Shown: positions 15,362 through 23,719, numbered from the stretch's first letter. The stretch is 32,000 bases of DNA from Pseudomonas aeruginosa (GCF_001457615.1 NZ_LN831024.1:4620001-4652000), one strand, 5' to 3'. The notes: generated by a model not told the origin, from the sequence alone. Numbers and translations are program-made.

Positions 15362-15394
15362 GCCACTGTCCACCCCCGCACAGTGGCTTTTTTT
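15362..15394 (+). terminator. Rho-independent terminator on the plus strand, with no plus-strand CDS upstream
   Basis: GCCACTGT (15362-15369) and ACAGTGGC (15380-15387) flank a 10-nt loop and are followed by seven T (15388-15394). It ends 10 nt before the stop of the convergent minus-strand gene. Confidence 0.75.
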
Positions 15395-15403
15395 CGCCTG
15401 CGC

Positions 15404-15799
15404 CTAGCGTCGTGCCAGCGGCGCCTCGTCCCGCGCCAGCATCAGCGCCAGGATGCAGCCGAGGAGGAACGCCTGCAGCGCCAGGCGAGCGGCCAGCAGC
15501 GTCGGCGGGAAGGATGGGAACAGGTCGGGGTGCTGCCACATGTAGAGGTTGGCCGGGGTCACGCAGAGGGTCAGGATGAACAGCCCGCACGCCGCCAGCC
15601 GGCGCCATGCCGGCACCAGCAGGGCGCCGGCGCCGAGCAGTTCGAAGACCCCGCTGACCCACACCGCCGCCAGCGGCCAGGGCACGTAGGGCGGGACGAT
15701 GCCGACGAAGAAATCGGTGAAGACGAAGTGGCCCAGCCCACCCAGCAGGAACCAGGCGGACACGAAGGCCAGGAGCAGCGTGCGAGCGGGCGACGGCAT
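15404..15799 (-). CDS. Small integral membrane protein (about 4 TM, DoxX-like)
   Basis: 131 aa, strongly hydrophobic (LLLAFVSAWFLLGGLGHFVF..., GVFELLGAGALLVPAW...). A GAGGT RBS precedes the start. Confidence 0.7.
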   Translation of the reverse strand: MPSPARTLLLAFVSAWFLLGGLGHFVFTDFFVGIVPPYVPWPLAAVWVSGVFELLGAGALLVPAWRRLAACGLFILTLCVTPANLYMWQHPDLFPSFPPTLLAARLALQAFLLGCILALMLARDEAPLARR

Positions 15800-16359
15800 G
15801 GATAACCTCGGCGCGGCGATGGAACGGCAATCCTGCCACGCACCGCCGACGCCAGGCCCATAACCTTTGCCCGGTTGGCAGGCGTCCGCCGAAACAAATG
15901 CTCAAACATTCCCGCCGCCGGGGCGACATCTGCTCAAAAAATGTCCTGGCCTTTCTTCGTCGAAAGACATACAATCCGGGACTGCGTACCAAACTGAAAG
16001 TCAATCAGGCTTTACCCCAAGACCGGGCCCACAGATGAAAAGGGCTCTACCATCAGGGTTACAGCCTTCCGATGGTTCTTCGGTCGCCACTCTTCTGAAG
16101 CAATCCCCTGCCAAGCAGGGCCGATGGGAAGACCGGCGTCCCGCAATACCACCCGCAGATTGATCAGGATCCTGGCCTGGAAACTTTCCTGCCAATCGAT
16201 CCTCTGATTAGTACCTGAACTGCCAGCTTGCTCTTTTCGAAAAAAGCCGGCATAACCAGTACGTTCCCCCGACACAAAGCTTTCTTGGCACTGTCACGGA
16301 GCGGGAACATTTGCAATATACGCTGCTCCATAAGCGTGAAAGTAAAGGAACATAAGAAT

Positions 16360-16587
16360 ATGTCTATTCAACATCGTACTCAGGATGCAATTCGCACCCT
16401 AACCGCCGCATTTGCGCCGTTCGACTGCCTGATCCAGGCAACTCGTAAAGGAAACTTCAGTTTCACCATCGTTGACCAGCATGGCGTGGCCTGCCACAGC
16501 GAGCGCCTGTATCCGGAGCAGTACGACGACTCCGGCAAAATGGAAGAAGTGATCAATCGAGTTCGCAAGAAAACACTGGCTGCCTGA
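16360..16587 (+). CDS. Small hypothetical protein (75 aa; possibly the Pseudomonas DUF1652 type)
   Basis: Internal ATG of the 16228..16587 ORF, preceded by AAGGAA. A strong terminator follows. The family name is from memory only. Confidence 0.55.
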   Translation: MSIQHRTQDAIRTLTAAFAPFDCLIQATRKGNFSFTIVDQHGVACHSERLYPEQYDDSGKMEEVINRVRKKTLAA

Positions 16588-16616
16588 ATCATGCAAGCAT
16601 CAGCGCGAATGCAAGG

Positions 16617-16645
16617 AAAAGCCCCGTCCCCGACGGGGCTTTTTT
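16617..16645. terminator. Bidirectional rho-independent terminator
   Basis: AAAA-GCCCCGTC-CCC-GACGGGGC-TTTTTT. It lies between the convergent small-protein gene (+) and the aldo-keto reductase gene (-). Confidence 0.8.
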
Positions 16646-16796
16646 GTGGGACAGCGAAAAGTACAGGTTAAGTTGAAGAAAGTTCCCACGCAGGAAATAA
16701 ATACTTACTTATTCCTTTTTAAATATTTCCTCGCCAACTTCGTCATATTCCCGCGGCCAGGGGAAACAAGCGCAGGCCGTTTCTCCCGTACTCCAC

Positions 16797-17618
16797 TCAG
16801 ACGATCGCCAGGTTTCGCTTGCGGGTAGGCGGCGGAAACGCCTGGTCGAGCGCCCGCAGGTCATCGGCGCTCAGTTCCAGGTCGGCCGCCGCTGCATTCT
16901 GGCGGATGTGAGCGGACGTCACCGCCTTCGGGATCGCGATCACCCCCTGCTCCAGTAGCCAGGCCAGGGCGACCTGGGCGCTGCTGGCGTCGTGGCGCGC
17001 GGCGATCTCGCCGAGCGCCGGGTGCCGTAGCAGCCTGCCGCCCTGCCCCACCGGACAGTAGGCCATCACCGGCATGCCGCGCTCCTGGCACCAGGGCAGC
17101 AGGTCGTATTCGATACCGCGTTCCTCCAGGTTGTACATCACCTGGTTGGCGGCACAGGCGCTGCCGTCCAGTTCGTACATGTCGCCCAGGTCGAAGTTGG
17201 ACACGCCCCAGCGCAGGATCTTGCCCTGGTCGCGCAACCGCTCGAAGGCTTCGATGGTTTCCTCCAGCGGATACCGGCCCTGCCAGTGCAGCAGGTAGAG
17301 GTCGATGGTTTCGCAACCGAGCCGGCGCAGGCTGCGCTCGCAGGCCGCCGGCAGACCCTTGCGGCTGGCGTTGTGCGGGTAGACCTTGCTGACCAGGAAG
17401 ACCTCTTCGCGGCGTCCCGCGATAGCCGCGCCGACCACGTCCTCGGCGCCGCCCTCGGCGTACATCTCGGCGGTATCGATCAGCGTCATCCCCAGCTCGA
17501 TGCCTTCGCGCAGCGCCGCGACCTCGCGCTTGCGTTCGCCGGGCTGCTCGCCGATATGCCAGGTACCCTGGCCGATGGCGGCGACCTCCTGGCCATCGAT
17601 CAGCGTGAGCGTTTTCAT
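16797..17618 (-). CDS. Aldo-keto reductase family oxidoreductase
   Basis: 273 aa starting from MKTLTLIDGQEVAAIGQGTWHIGE. IDTAEMYAEG, LYLLHW and GVSNF are AKR signatures. An AGGAGA RBS precedes the start. Confidence 0.9.
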   Translation of the reverse strand: MKTLTLIDGQEVAAIGQGTWHIGEQPGERKREVAALREGIELGMTLIDTAEMYAEGGAEDVVGAAIAGRREEVFLVSKVYPHNASRKGLPAACERSLRRLGCETIDLYLLHWQGRYPLEETIEAFERLRDQGKILRWGVSNFDLGDMYELDGSACAANQVMYNLEERGIEYDLLPWCQERGMPVMAYCPVGQGGRLLRHPALGEIAARHDASSAQVALAWLLEQGVIAIPKAVTSAHIRQNAAAADLELSADDLRALDQAFPPPTRKRNLAIV

Positions 17619-17649
17619 GCAGCGTCTCCTGTGGTGAATGGACGGGGCC

Positions 17650-18090
17650 TCATGCCCAGGGATCATAGCTGCCGAAGCTCCAGACGTGGCCCTCCGGATC
17701 GCGGCAAGTGAAGCCGCGACCGCCGTAGTCCTCGTCCTTGATGTCGATGACGATCTCGGCGCCGGCGGCCTGGGCGCTGCGGAACAGGGCGTCGGGATCG
17801 GCGACCACCAGGTAGAGGCTCTGGGTATTGCCGCCGGCTTCGTCGACGTGCCGCATCAGCCGACCGTAGGCGTTGTCGCGGACGCTCGAGCCGAGCATCA
17901 GCATGCCGTTGGCGCCGTTCGGGCTGGCGTAGGTCAACTCGGCGTGGAGCACCTGTCCGTCCTCGCCGGGCACCACCAGCTTGCGCTGGAAGCCAAAGGT
18001 CCGGCACAGCCAGTCGATGGCGGCCGGCGCATCGCGGTAACGCAGGCAGGGAATGACGCTGGCGACGGTGTTGCTGGCGGGCGTGTGCAT
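17650..18090 (-). CDS. VOC-family (glyoxalase/bleomycin resistance-like) protein
   Basis: 146 aa. VIPCLRYRDAPAAIDWLCRTFGF and DYGGRGFTCRDPEGHVWSFGSYDPW are typical of the PhnB/glyoxalase-like family. A GGAGGT RBS precedes the start. The AKR gene follows 31 nt downstream. Confidence 0.85.
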   Translation of the reverse strand: MHTPASNTVASVIPCLRYRDAPAAIDWLCRTFGFQRKLVVPGEDGQVLHAELTYASPNGANGMLMLGSSVRDNAYGRLMRHVDEAGGNTQSLYLVVADPDALFRSAQAAGAEIVIDIKDEDYGGRGFTCRDPEGHVWSFGSYDPWA

Positions 18091-18175
18091 GGCGCATACC
18101 TCCGGGGGAAAGCACGACCACCAGCATAGACGCTGGACCGGACCGCCCCCGAGGCACGGATGGGCGGCGCGCCCT

Positions 18176-18499
18176 TCAGCGCAGCAGCGCCAGCACCCCG
18201 CCGAGCAACGGCACTCCGGCGGCGCAAGGCAATGCCCAGCGTGGCCGCCAGGCGAGCAGCAGGACCAGCGTGCCGGCCGCCAGCATCAGCAGGCAGGACC
18301 AGAAGACGATGCCGATCTCCACGCCCTGCCGGTGGATCGAGAAGGCCAGCGCCAGGCCCAGGTCGAGCAGCGCCACGCCGCGTAGCAGAAGCACCCGGGA
18401 AGCCGACGGCTCGTGGCCGAGAAGGTTCTTGTGGTGGCGGTTCATGGCCAGGCAGAGAGCGGTGAAGGCCAGCAGGTTGAGGCCGAAGACCAGCAGCAT
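18176..18499 (-). CDS. Small membrane protein (DUF3325-like, PepSY-operon associated)
   Basis: 107 aa with 3-4 hydrophobic spans. Its ATG overlaps the PepSY gene stop by 1 nt (TGATG). Confidence 0.7.
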   Translation of the reverse strand: MLLVFGLNLLAFTALCLAMNRHHKNLLGHEPSASRVLLLRGVALLDLGLALAFSIHRQGVEIGIVFWSCLLMLAAGTLVLLLAWRPRWALPCAAGVPLLGGVLALLR

Positions 18500-20019
18500 C
18501 AGGCCACCTCCTGGACGTTCAGGCGTCGCCGGGCGGGCTTGCTCGACGCTTGCCGACGTCGCCAGCCGAGCCAGGCGCAGAGCAGGCCGAGGCCCAGCAG
18601 GCTGAGGTCGACGCCGGCCAGCACCCAGTCGCCGCGCTGCAGGCTGGCCAACAGGTTGCCTTCCGGGCTACGCAGCAGGCCGAGCAGCGGCAGGCCCAGC
18701 GCCAGCACGGCGGCGAGGCGCAGTTGCGTGCGACCGAGGGCCCCGCTGTTGCGGCGGACGATGGCCCACAGCGCGACCAGCGCCCAACTGGCGCAAAACA
18801 CGCGGATCTCCCAGGTGTCGCGGCCGGCCAGTTGCGTCGGCAGCAGGCGGTTGCCCCACAGCAGCGCCAGGCTGGCCAGCGGCAGGCCGCCGCAGACCGC
18901 CAGGTTCAGCGCCCGCACCAGACCAACGCCACGACTGCCGCGGACCTCGCGCTTGGCCAGCCAGACCTGCAACCCGCCGAAGATCATCATCGCCCCGGAC
19001 AGCCCGAGCAACAGGTACATCCAGCGCACCAACTGGCCGCCCCACTGGATCATGTGCAGGCCGGTCAGCCAGCCGTAGGTGGCGTAGCCGGGCGCATAGG
19101 ACGGCTGGGCATGCAGCAGTTCGCCGCTGGAGGCATCGAAGTTGACCGTGCGCTGGTCGTCGAGGATGCGCGAGGCGTCGCGCCGGCGGATGTCCACGGT
19201 GGCCGCCTCGTCATAGGGATGGTGGACGCTGATCCAGCCCGGCGCGCCGCCGTCGCCCCAGACCTTGCCGGCCTCGACGATCAGGCCGTCGATGGACGCC
19301 GGCGGCCCCGCCGGGCGGCCGACTTCCTCGCGTTCGTAGGAGCCCTGCACTTCATGGAAGAAGCGCTCGCCATCGTTCTGGTAGACCACCTGCAGGCCCG
19401 CCTGCATGTAGTAGACGATGAAGATCACCAGGCCGGTGTAGGCGATCATCAGGTGGAACGGCAGGCCGATCACCCCCAGCACGTTGTGCGCGTCGAGCCA
19501 GGCGCGCTGCCGCGCCGCCTGCGGGCGCAGGGTGAAGAAGTCCTTGAAGATCCGCCGGTGCACGATGGTCCCGCTGACCAGCGCCACCAGCATCAGCATC
19601 CCGGCGATGCCGACGATGTACAGGCCGACCATGCCGGCGTGCAGGTCGTAGTGCAGGGTGAAGAAGAACTCGCCGCCGACTGTCTTCGGCAGCGGCTGGC
19701 CGCTCACCGCGTCCAGCTGAAAGACCTTGAACTCGCTGCCGTCGCGTGGCTCCCAGCCGGCGTTCCAGTAGGGCGCCCGCTCGCTCGGCGGCAGCATCCA
19801 CCAGGCATGGGCATCGGGGGCGCGCTGGCGCAACCAGTCGCGCACCTGGTCGGCGCCCAGCGACTGCGCGCCGGGCAGGTGCAGGTCCGGCTGCATCCAG
19901 CGGGTCAGCTCCTTGTCGAAGCTGGCCAGGCTGCCGGCGAAGACGATGACGAACAGCAGCCAGCTGACCAGCAGCCCCGACCAGGTATGCAGGCCGGACA
20001 TCGATTGACGCAGGTTCAT
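18499..20019 (-). CDS. PepSY-associated TM-helix protein (PiuB-like)
   Basis: 506 aa starting from MNLRQSMSGLHTWSGLLVSWLLFVIVFAGSLASF, a typical PepSY_TM N-terminus. It has multiple TM segments. The track's 42-aa Arg-rich N-terminal extension was discarded. Confidence 0.85.
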   Translation of the reverse strand: MNLRQSMSGLHTWSGLLVSWLLFVIVFAGSLASFDKELTRWMQPDLHLPGAQSLGADQVRDWLRQRAPDAHAWWMLPPSERAPYWNAGWEPRDGSEFKVFQLDAVSGQPLPKTVGGEFFFTLHYDLHAGMVGLYIVGIAGMLMLVALVSGTIVHRRIFKDFFTLRPQAARQRAWLDAHNVLGVIGLPFHLMIAYTGLVIFIVYYMQAGLQVVYQNDGERFFHEVQGSYEREEVGRPAGPPASIDGLIVEAGKVWGDGGAPGWISVHHPYDEAATVDIRRRDASRILDDQRTVNFDASSGELLHAQPSYAPGYATYGWLTGLHMIQWGGQLVRWMYLLLGLSGAMMIFGGLQVWLAKREVRGSRGVGLVRALNLAVCGGLPLASLALLWGNRLLPTQLAGRDTWEIRVFCASWALVALWAIVRRNSGALGRTQLRLAAVLALGLPLLGLLRSPEGNLLASLQRGDWVLAGVDLSLLGLGLLCAWLGWRRRQASSKPARRRLNVQEVA

Positions 20020-20312
20020 GGACGCGCTCCGTAGTCGAGGCCGAGCCAGGCCAGGCCGCCCAGCGCCAGGCTGGCCAGCGCCAGCACCCAGCAGGCGCGC
20101 CAGGCGCTGCGCGCGGCGAAGGCGTAGACGATGGCCGCGACCCACACGGCGAAGCAGCCGAGGCTGCCGAACGAGACCCGGTCGGGACGCGGCAGCGGCA
20201 GGTAGATGCTCAGGCAGGCGGTGACCGCATAGGCCAGCGCGTAGCCAAGCAGGACCGCGACGAGGATGCGGCCGGTGACGGACAGTCCGCCGGCCAGGGC
20301 CTGGCTGGTCAT
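20016..20312 (-). CDS. Small membrane protein (DUF3649-like)
   Basis: 98 aa starting from MTSQALAGGLSVTGRILVAVLLGYALAY, with 3 hydrophobic spans. Its stop overlaps the PepSY gene ATG (ATGA). Confidence 0.65.
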   Translation of the reverse strand: MTSQALAGGLSVTGRILVAVLLGYALAYAVTACLSIYLPLPRPDRVSFGSLGCFAVWVAAIVYAFAARSAWRACWVLALASLALGGLAWLGLDYGARP

Positions 20313-20637
20313 GGGGCGGCGTCCCGGGTGGAAACAGGGCCTTGCATCGTCGCTACCTCGTCTGGCTGGCACGGCGACGCCGCGCTCGCGGGTGGCGAGG
20401 CGGTCGTCGATTCGGAAGGTTTGCGACTGTATCTCAATTACGTTCGCATTTGTACTTGCTCCGGACGACCGCCAGGTCGCGTCGCGCCAGGGATTGCCGG
20501 GGTCCGACGAGTGCGGGTCGTATCCCGTCGCATTCGTCCGCCGCGCCATACGTCCATCTCCGCTCTGCGCAAGCGCGCCGAGCTTGGTAATATCGGCTGT
20601 TTGCGGTTTCGGCTGGTCTCGCCGAAGGACATACCGG

Positions 20638-22959
20638 ATGACTTCACCCTCCGCCCCAGACACCCAGCTCAGCCTGGCCATCGACCCGGCCCGGCCGTAT
20701 GCGCGGCTGACCCTCGGCAGCCACGTGCACAGCGGCTACGACCTGCGCAGCGGACGCATGCAGAGCATTTCCCGGCACCGTGCGGCGCTGGCCTTCATCT
20801 ATGCCGGCGAGGCGGTTTCCGGGCGTCCCGGCAGCGAGCCACGGGAGGCCCAGCGGCGTATCGAACGGCGTCCGGCGCACGAGCAGGAATACCGCGAGAC
20901 CCTGCGCCGCCTCGGCTTCAAGCCGGCGACCCGGCGCAGCGACGCGCTCGAGGAAAGCGCCGGCGAGATGTTCGAACTGCCCGGCGACAACGCCTGGCTG
21001 CACTTCATGCAGGACGACCTGCCGCGCCTGCGCCAGCAGGGCTGGTTCATCGACATCCGCGCCGACTTCGCCTACGACCTGACGCCCATCGACGCCTGGT
21101 ACGCCGAGGTCGAGGAAGCCGACGACCGCCAGTGGTTCGAGCTGGAACTGGGCATCCAGGTCGCCGGCCAGCGGGTCAGCCTGCTGCCGGCGCTGACCGA
21201 GCTGATCCGCCGCAGCCCGGCCCTGCTCGATCCGCGCGCCCTCGCCCGGCACGCCGACGAAGAGCAACTGGTGCTGCGCCTGGAACTCAACCCGCCGCTG
21301 CGCGTGGCGCTGCCCTTCGGCCGCCTGAAGCCGGTGCTGGCGGCGCTTTCCGACTTCTACCTGGGCGACCCCGAACCGCAGCGCAAGCTGCGCCTGGGCG
21401 CACCGGACGCGGCGCGCCTGGCCGATCTCGACGAGTTGCCGCTGGCCTGGGAAGGCGGCGACAACCTGCGCGACTTCGCCCGCCGCCTACGCAGTTTCCA
21501 GGCTCGTCCGGCGACCCCGCCGCAAGGCCTGCGCGCCGAACTGCGGCCCTACCAGCTCGAAGGCCTGAGCTGGATGCAGACCCTGCGCGAACTCGACAGC
21601 GGCGGCGTGCTGGCCGACGACATGGGGCTGGGCAAGACCTTGCAGTCGCTGGCCCACGTGCTCCTGGAAAAGCAGGCCGGGCGGCTCGACACGCCGGCGC
21701 TGGTGGTGATGCCCACCAGCCTGATCCCCAACTGGCTGGACGAGGCCGAGCGCTTCGCCCCCGATCTGCGCGTGCTGGCCCTGCACGGCGCCGGCCGGCG
21801 CCGCGACTTCGCCCGCATCGACGAGCACGACCTGGTGCTGACCACCTATGCCCTGCTGCCACGCGACGCCGCCGAGCTGGGCAAGCGGCGGTTCCACCTG
21901 CTGATCCTCGACGAGGCGCAGAACATCAAGAACGCCACCACCAAGGCCGCCGTCGCCGCCCGCGAGCTGGCGGCACGGCATCGCCTGTGCCTGACCGGCA
22001 CGCCGCTGGAGAACCACCTCGGCGAACTCTGGTCGCTGTTCCATTTCCTGATGCCCGGCTGGCTCGGCGACGCCCGCCAGTTCGCCCAGGACTACCGCAC
22101 GCCGATCGAGAAGCACGGCGACGAGGCACGCCTCAGTCACCTGGCCGCGCGCCTGCGGCCGTTCCTGCTGCGACGGACCAAGGAACAGGTGGCCTCGGAA
22201 CTGCCGCCGAAGAGCGAGTTCACCCAGTTCGTCGAACTCAGCGAGGCGCAACGCGAACTCTACGAGACCGTGCGCCTGGCGCTGGACCGCAAGGTCCGCG
22301 AGGAGATCGCCCGGCGCGGCCTGGCGCGCAGCCGCATCGTGATCCTCGAGGCGCTGCTCAAGCTGCGCCAGGTCTGCTGCGACACGCGCCTGCTGCAACG
22401 CCAGGAAGACGGCGCGCGCAGCGGCCGGGCGCTCAGCTCGGGCAAGCTGGCCTACCTGCTCGACATGCTCGACGAACTGATCGCCGAGGGTCGCCGGGTC
22501 CTGCTGTTCTCGCAGTTCACCTCGATGCTCGCGCTGATCGAGGACGCCCTGCGCCAGCGCGGCGTCGACTACGTCCTGCTGACCGGCGAGACCCGCGACC
22601 GCCGCGCCCCGGTACAGCGCTTCCAGAGCGGCAAGGTGCCGGTGTTCCTGATCAGCTTGAAGGCAGGCGGGGTCGGCCTCAACCTGACCGCGGCGGACAC
22701 CGTGATCCACTACGATCCCTGGTGGAACCCGGCGGTGGAGAACCAGGCCAGCGACCGCGCCTACCGCATCGGCCAGGACAAGCCGGTGTTCGTCTACCGG
22801 CTGATCGCCCGCGGCACGGTGGAAGAGAAGATCCAGCACCTGCAGCAGGAAAAGGCCGCCCTCGCCGACGGCCTGTTCAGCGAAGGCAACGGCGACGGCT
22901 GGAAGCTCGACGAGGCCGATATCGACGCGCTGTTCGCGCCCTTGCCCAAGGCGCTCTGA
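20638..22959 (+). CDS. SNF2/RapA-like superfamily-2 ATPase-helicase
   Basis: 773 aa starting from MTSPSAPDTQ. LADDMGLGKT (motif I), LILDEAQNIKN (DExx), LTGTPLEN, and the helicase-C motifs LISLKAGGVGLNLT and QASDRAYRIGQ are present. The first ~330 aa have no recognisable motif. Confidence 0.9.
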   Translation: MTSPSAPDTQLSLAIDPARPYARLTLGSHVHSGYDLRSGRMQSISRHRAALAFIYAGEAVSGRPGSEPREAQRRIERRPAHEQEYRETLRRLGFKPATRRSDALEESAGEMFELPGDNAWLHFMQDDLPRLRQQGWFIDIRADFAYDLTPIDAWYAEVEEADDRQWFELELGIQVAGQRVSLLPALTELIRRSPALLDPRALARHADEEQLVLRLELNPPLRVALPFGRLKPVLAALSDFYLGDPEPQRKLRLGAPDAARLADLDELPLAWEGGDNLRDFARRLRSFQARPATPPQGLRAELRPYQLEGLSWMQTLRELDSGGVLADDMGLGKTLQSLAHVLLEKQAGRLDTPALVVMPTSLIPNWLDEAERFAPDLRVLALHGAGRRRDFARIDEHDLVLTTYALLPRDAAELGKRRFHLLILDEAQNIKNATTKAAVAARELAARHRLCLTGTPLENHLGELWSLFHFLMPGWLGDARQFAQDYRTPIEKHGDEARLSHLAARLRPFLLRRTKEQVASELPPKSEFTQFVELSEAQRELYETVRLALDRKVREEIARRGLARSRIVILEALLKLRQVCCDTRLLQRQEDGARSGRALSSGKLAYLLDMLDELIAEGRRVLLFSQFTSMLALIEDALRQRGVDYVLLTGETRDRRAPVQRFQSGKVPVFLISLKAGGVGLNLTAADTVIHYDPWWNPAVENQASDRAYRIGQDKPVFVYRLIARGTVEEKIQHLQQEKAALADGLFSEGNGDGWKLDEADIDALFAPLPKAL

Positions 22960-22972
22960 GGGCCGCCCGGAT

Positions 22973-23638
22973 TCAGCGCGCGACGCCGCGGTAGACGTAG
23001 GTCATCGGCCGCGGCCCGGGCAGGTAGCCCTGTTCCAGCTCGTCGATGCGAAAGCCGGCCTCGCGCAGCAAGGCCGGCATGTCGCGGTCCAGGTGGCAAC
23101 CGCCGGCCAGCGGTTTCCACCAGGGCGTCAGGCGCCGTTGCCAGGCCAGCACCGAGGCGTCCGGCGCGCGCCCATGCTCGCAGAACAGCAATTCGCCGCC
23201 ACGCTTCAGCACCCGACGCATCTCGCCCAGCGCCGGCAGCGGCGCGGCGATGGAGCAAAGGGTGAAAGTGCAGACGATGGTGTCGAAGCTTTCCGCCTCG
23301 GCGCGGATCTCGCCAAGCTCGAGGGCGACCATTTCCACCGGGATGCCGATTTGCGCCGCGCGCTCGCGGGCCAGCGCCTGCATTTGCGCGGCCGGGTCGA
23401 CGCCGACGATCGCCGACACCTTCGCCGCGTCGTAGAAGCCCAGGTTGAGCCCGGTGCCCAGACCGATCTCCAGCACCCGCCCATGGGCGCGCGGCACCAG
23501 CAGCGAACGCTGCTTCATCACGTCGCCCATGCCGCAGGCGAAGTCGATCAGGCGCGGCAACACGTAACGGTCATAGATGCCCACGAAACTCTCTCCTGGC
23601 ACAGCGGCTGGAGGGGAAAGCATAGACCAGCGATGCAT
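22973..23638 (-). CDS. pmtA: Class I SAM-dependent methyltransferase (PmtA-like phospholipid N-methyltransferase)
   Basis: 221 aa. VLEIGLGTGLN is the SAM-binding motif I. IYDRYVLPRLIDFAC and LKRGGELLFCEH are also present. The start is at 23638 or, alternatively, ATG 23623; neither has a clear RBS. Confidence 0.75.
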   Translation of the reverse strand: MHRWSMLSPPAAVPGESFVGIYDRYVLPRLIDFACGMGDVMKQRSLLVPRAHGRVLEIGLGTGLNLGFYDAAKVSAIVGVDPAAQMQALARERAAQIGIPVEMVALELGEIRAEAESFDTIVCTFTLCSIAAPLPALGEMRRVLKRGGELLFCEHGRAPDASVLAWQRRLTPWWKPLAGGCHLDRDMPALLREAGFRIDELEQGYLPGPRPMTYVYRGVAR

Positions 23639-23644
23639 TAGACG

Positions 23645-23656
23645 ATTGTCGACAAT
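23645..23656. promoter_or_regulatory. Perfect 12-bp palindrome ATTGTCGACAAT, a candidate GntR-family (PrpR) operator
   Basis: It lies in the divergent pmtA-like/prpR intergenic region and fits the GT-N-AC core of FadR-subfamily GntR operators. It is 7 nt from the pmtA-like ATG. Confidence 0.5.
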
Positions 23657-23670
23657 CAAGCGACGAATGA

Positions 23671-23699
23671 TTGACCCCACGCAATCCAGGCGGTAGCTT
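23671..23699 (+). promoter_or_regulatory. Candidate sigma70 promoter for prpR-prpBC: TTGACC-N17-TAGCTT
   Basis: The -35 TTGACC (23671-23676) and -10 TAGCTT (23694-23699) are separated by a 17-nt spacer. The second operator copy begins 9 nt downstream of the -10. Confidence 0.4.
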
Positions 23700-23707
23700 T
23701 CGCAAAT

Positions 23708-23719
23708 ATTGTCGACACA
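23708..23719. promoter_or_regulatory. Second operator copy ATTGTCGACACA
   Basis: It shares ATTGTCGACA with the site at 23645. The two centres are 63 bp apart, about 6 helical turns. It overlaps the expected transcription start of prpR. Confidence 0.5.

Noticed and set aside
15189-15579. Small or medium plus-strand ORFs in the ORF-free spacer (15052..15579, 15117..15407, 14984..15187) as possible targets of the plus-strand terminator.
   Set aside because: They read through the terminator hairpin or into the antisense of the DoxX-like gene. They lack ribosome-binding sites and have Arg/Pro/Ser-rich non-protein-like composition.
16286-16315. A TGGCAC ... TTGCA pair resembling a sigma54 (-24/-12) promoter upstream of the 75-aa protein gene.
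   Set aside because: The GG and GC elements are 26 nt apart instead of the required 12 or so, so the spacing is incompatible with RpoN binding.
20420-20465. Possible Fur box in the AT-richer patch upstream of the DUF3649-PepSY operon (…TACAAATGCGAACGTAATTGAGATA on the minus strand).
   Set aside because: The best hand alignment to GATAATGATAATCATTATC gives only about 8 of 19 matches, and no hexamer NATWAT periodicity is visible. This is not enough to call iron regulation.
20328-22994. 888-aa plus-strand ORF, out of frame with the SNF2 helicase, and similar shadow ORFs (21487..22839 -, 10401..12101 -, 11872..12987 -, 30303..31919 -, 4064..5332 -, 5438..6460 -, 18550..20034 +).
   Set aside because: All are Arg/Pro/Ala/Gly-dominated alternative-frame or antisense readings of genes that have strong motif support in another frame.
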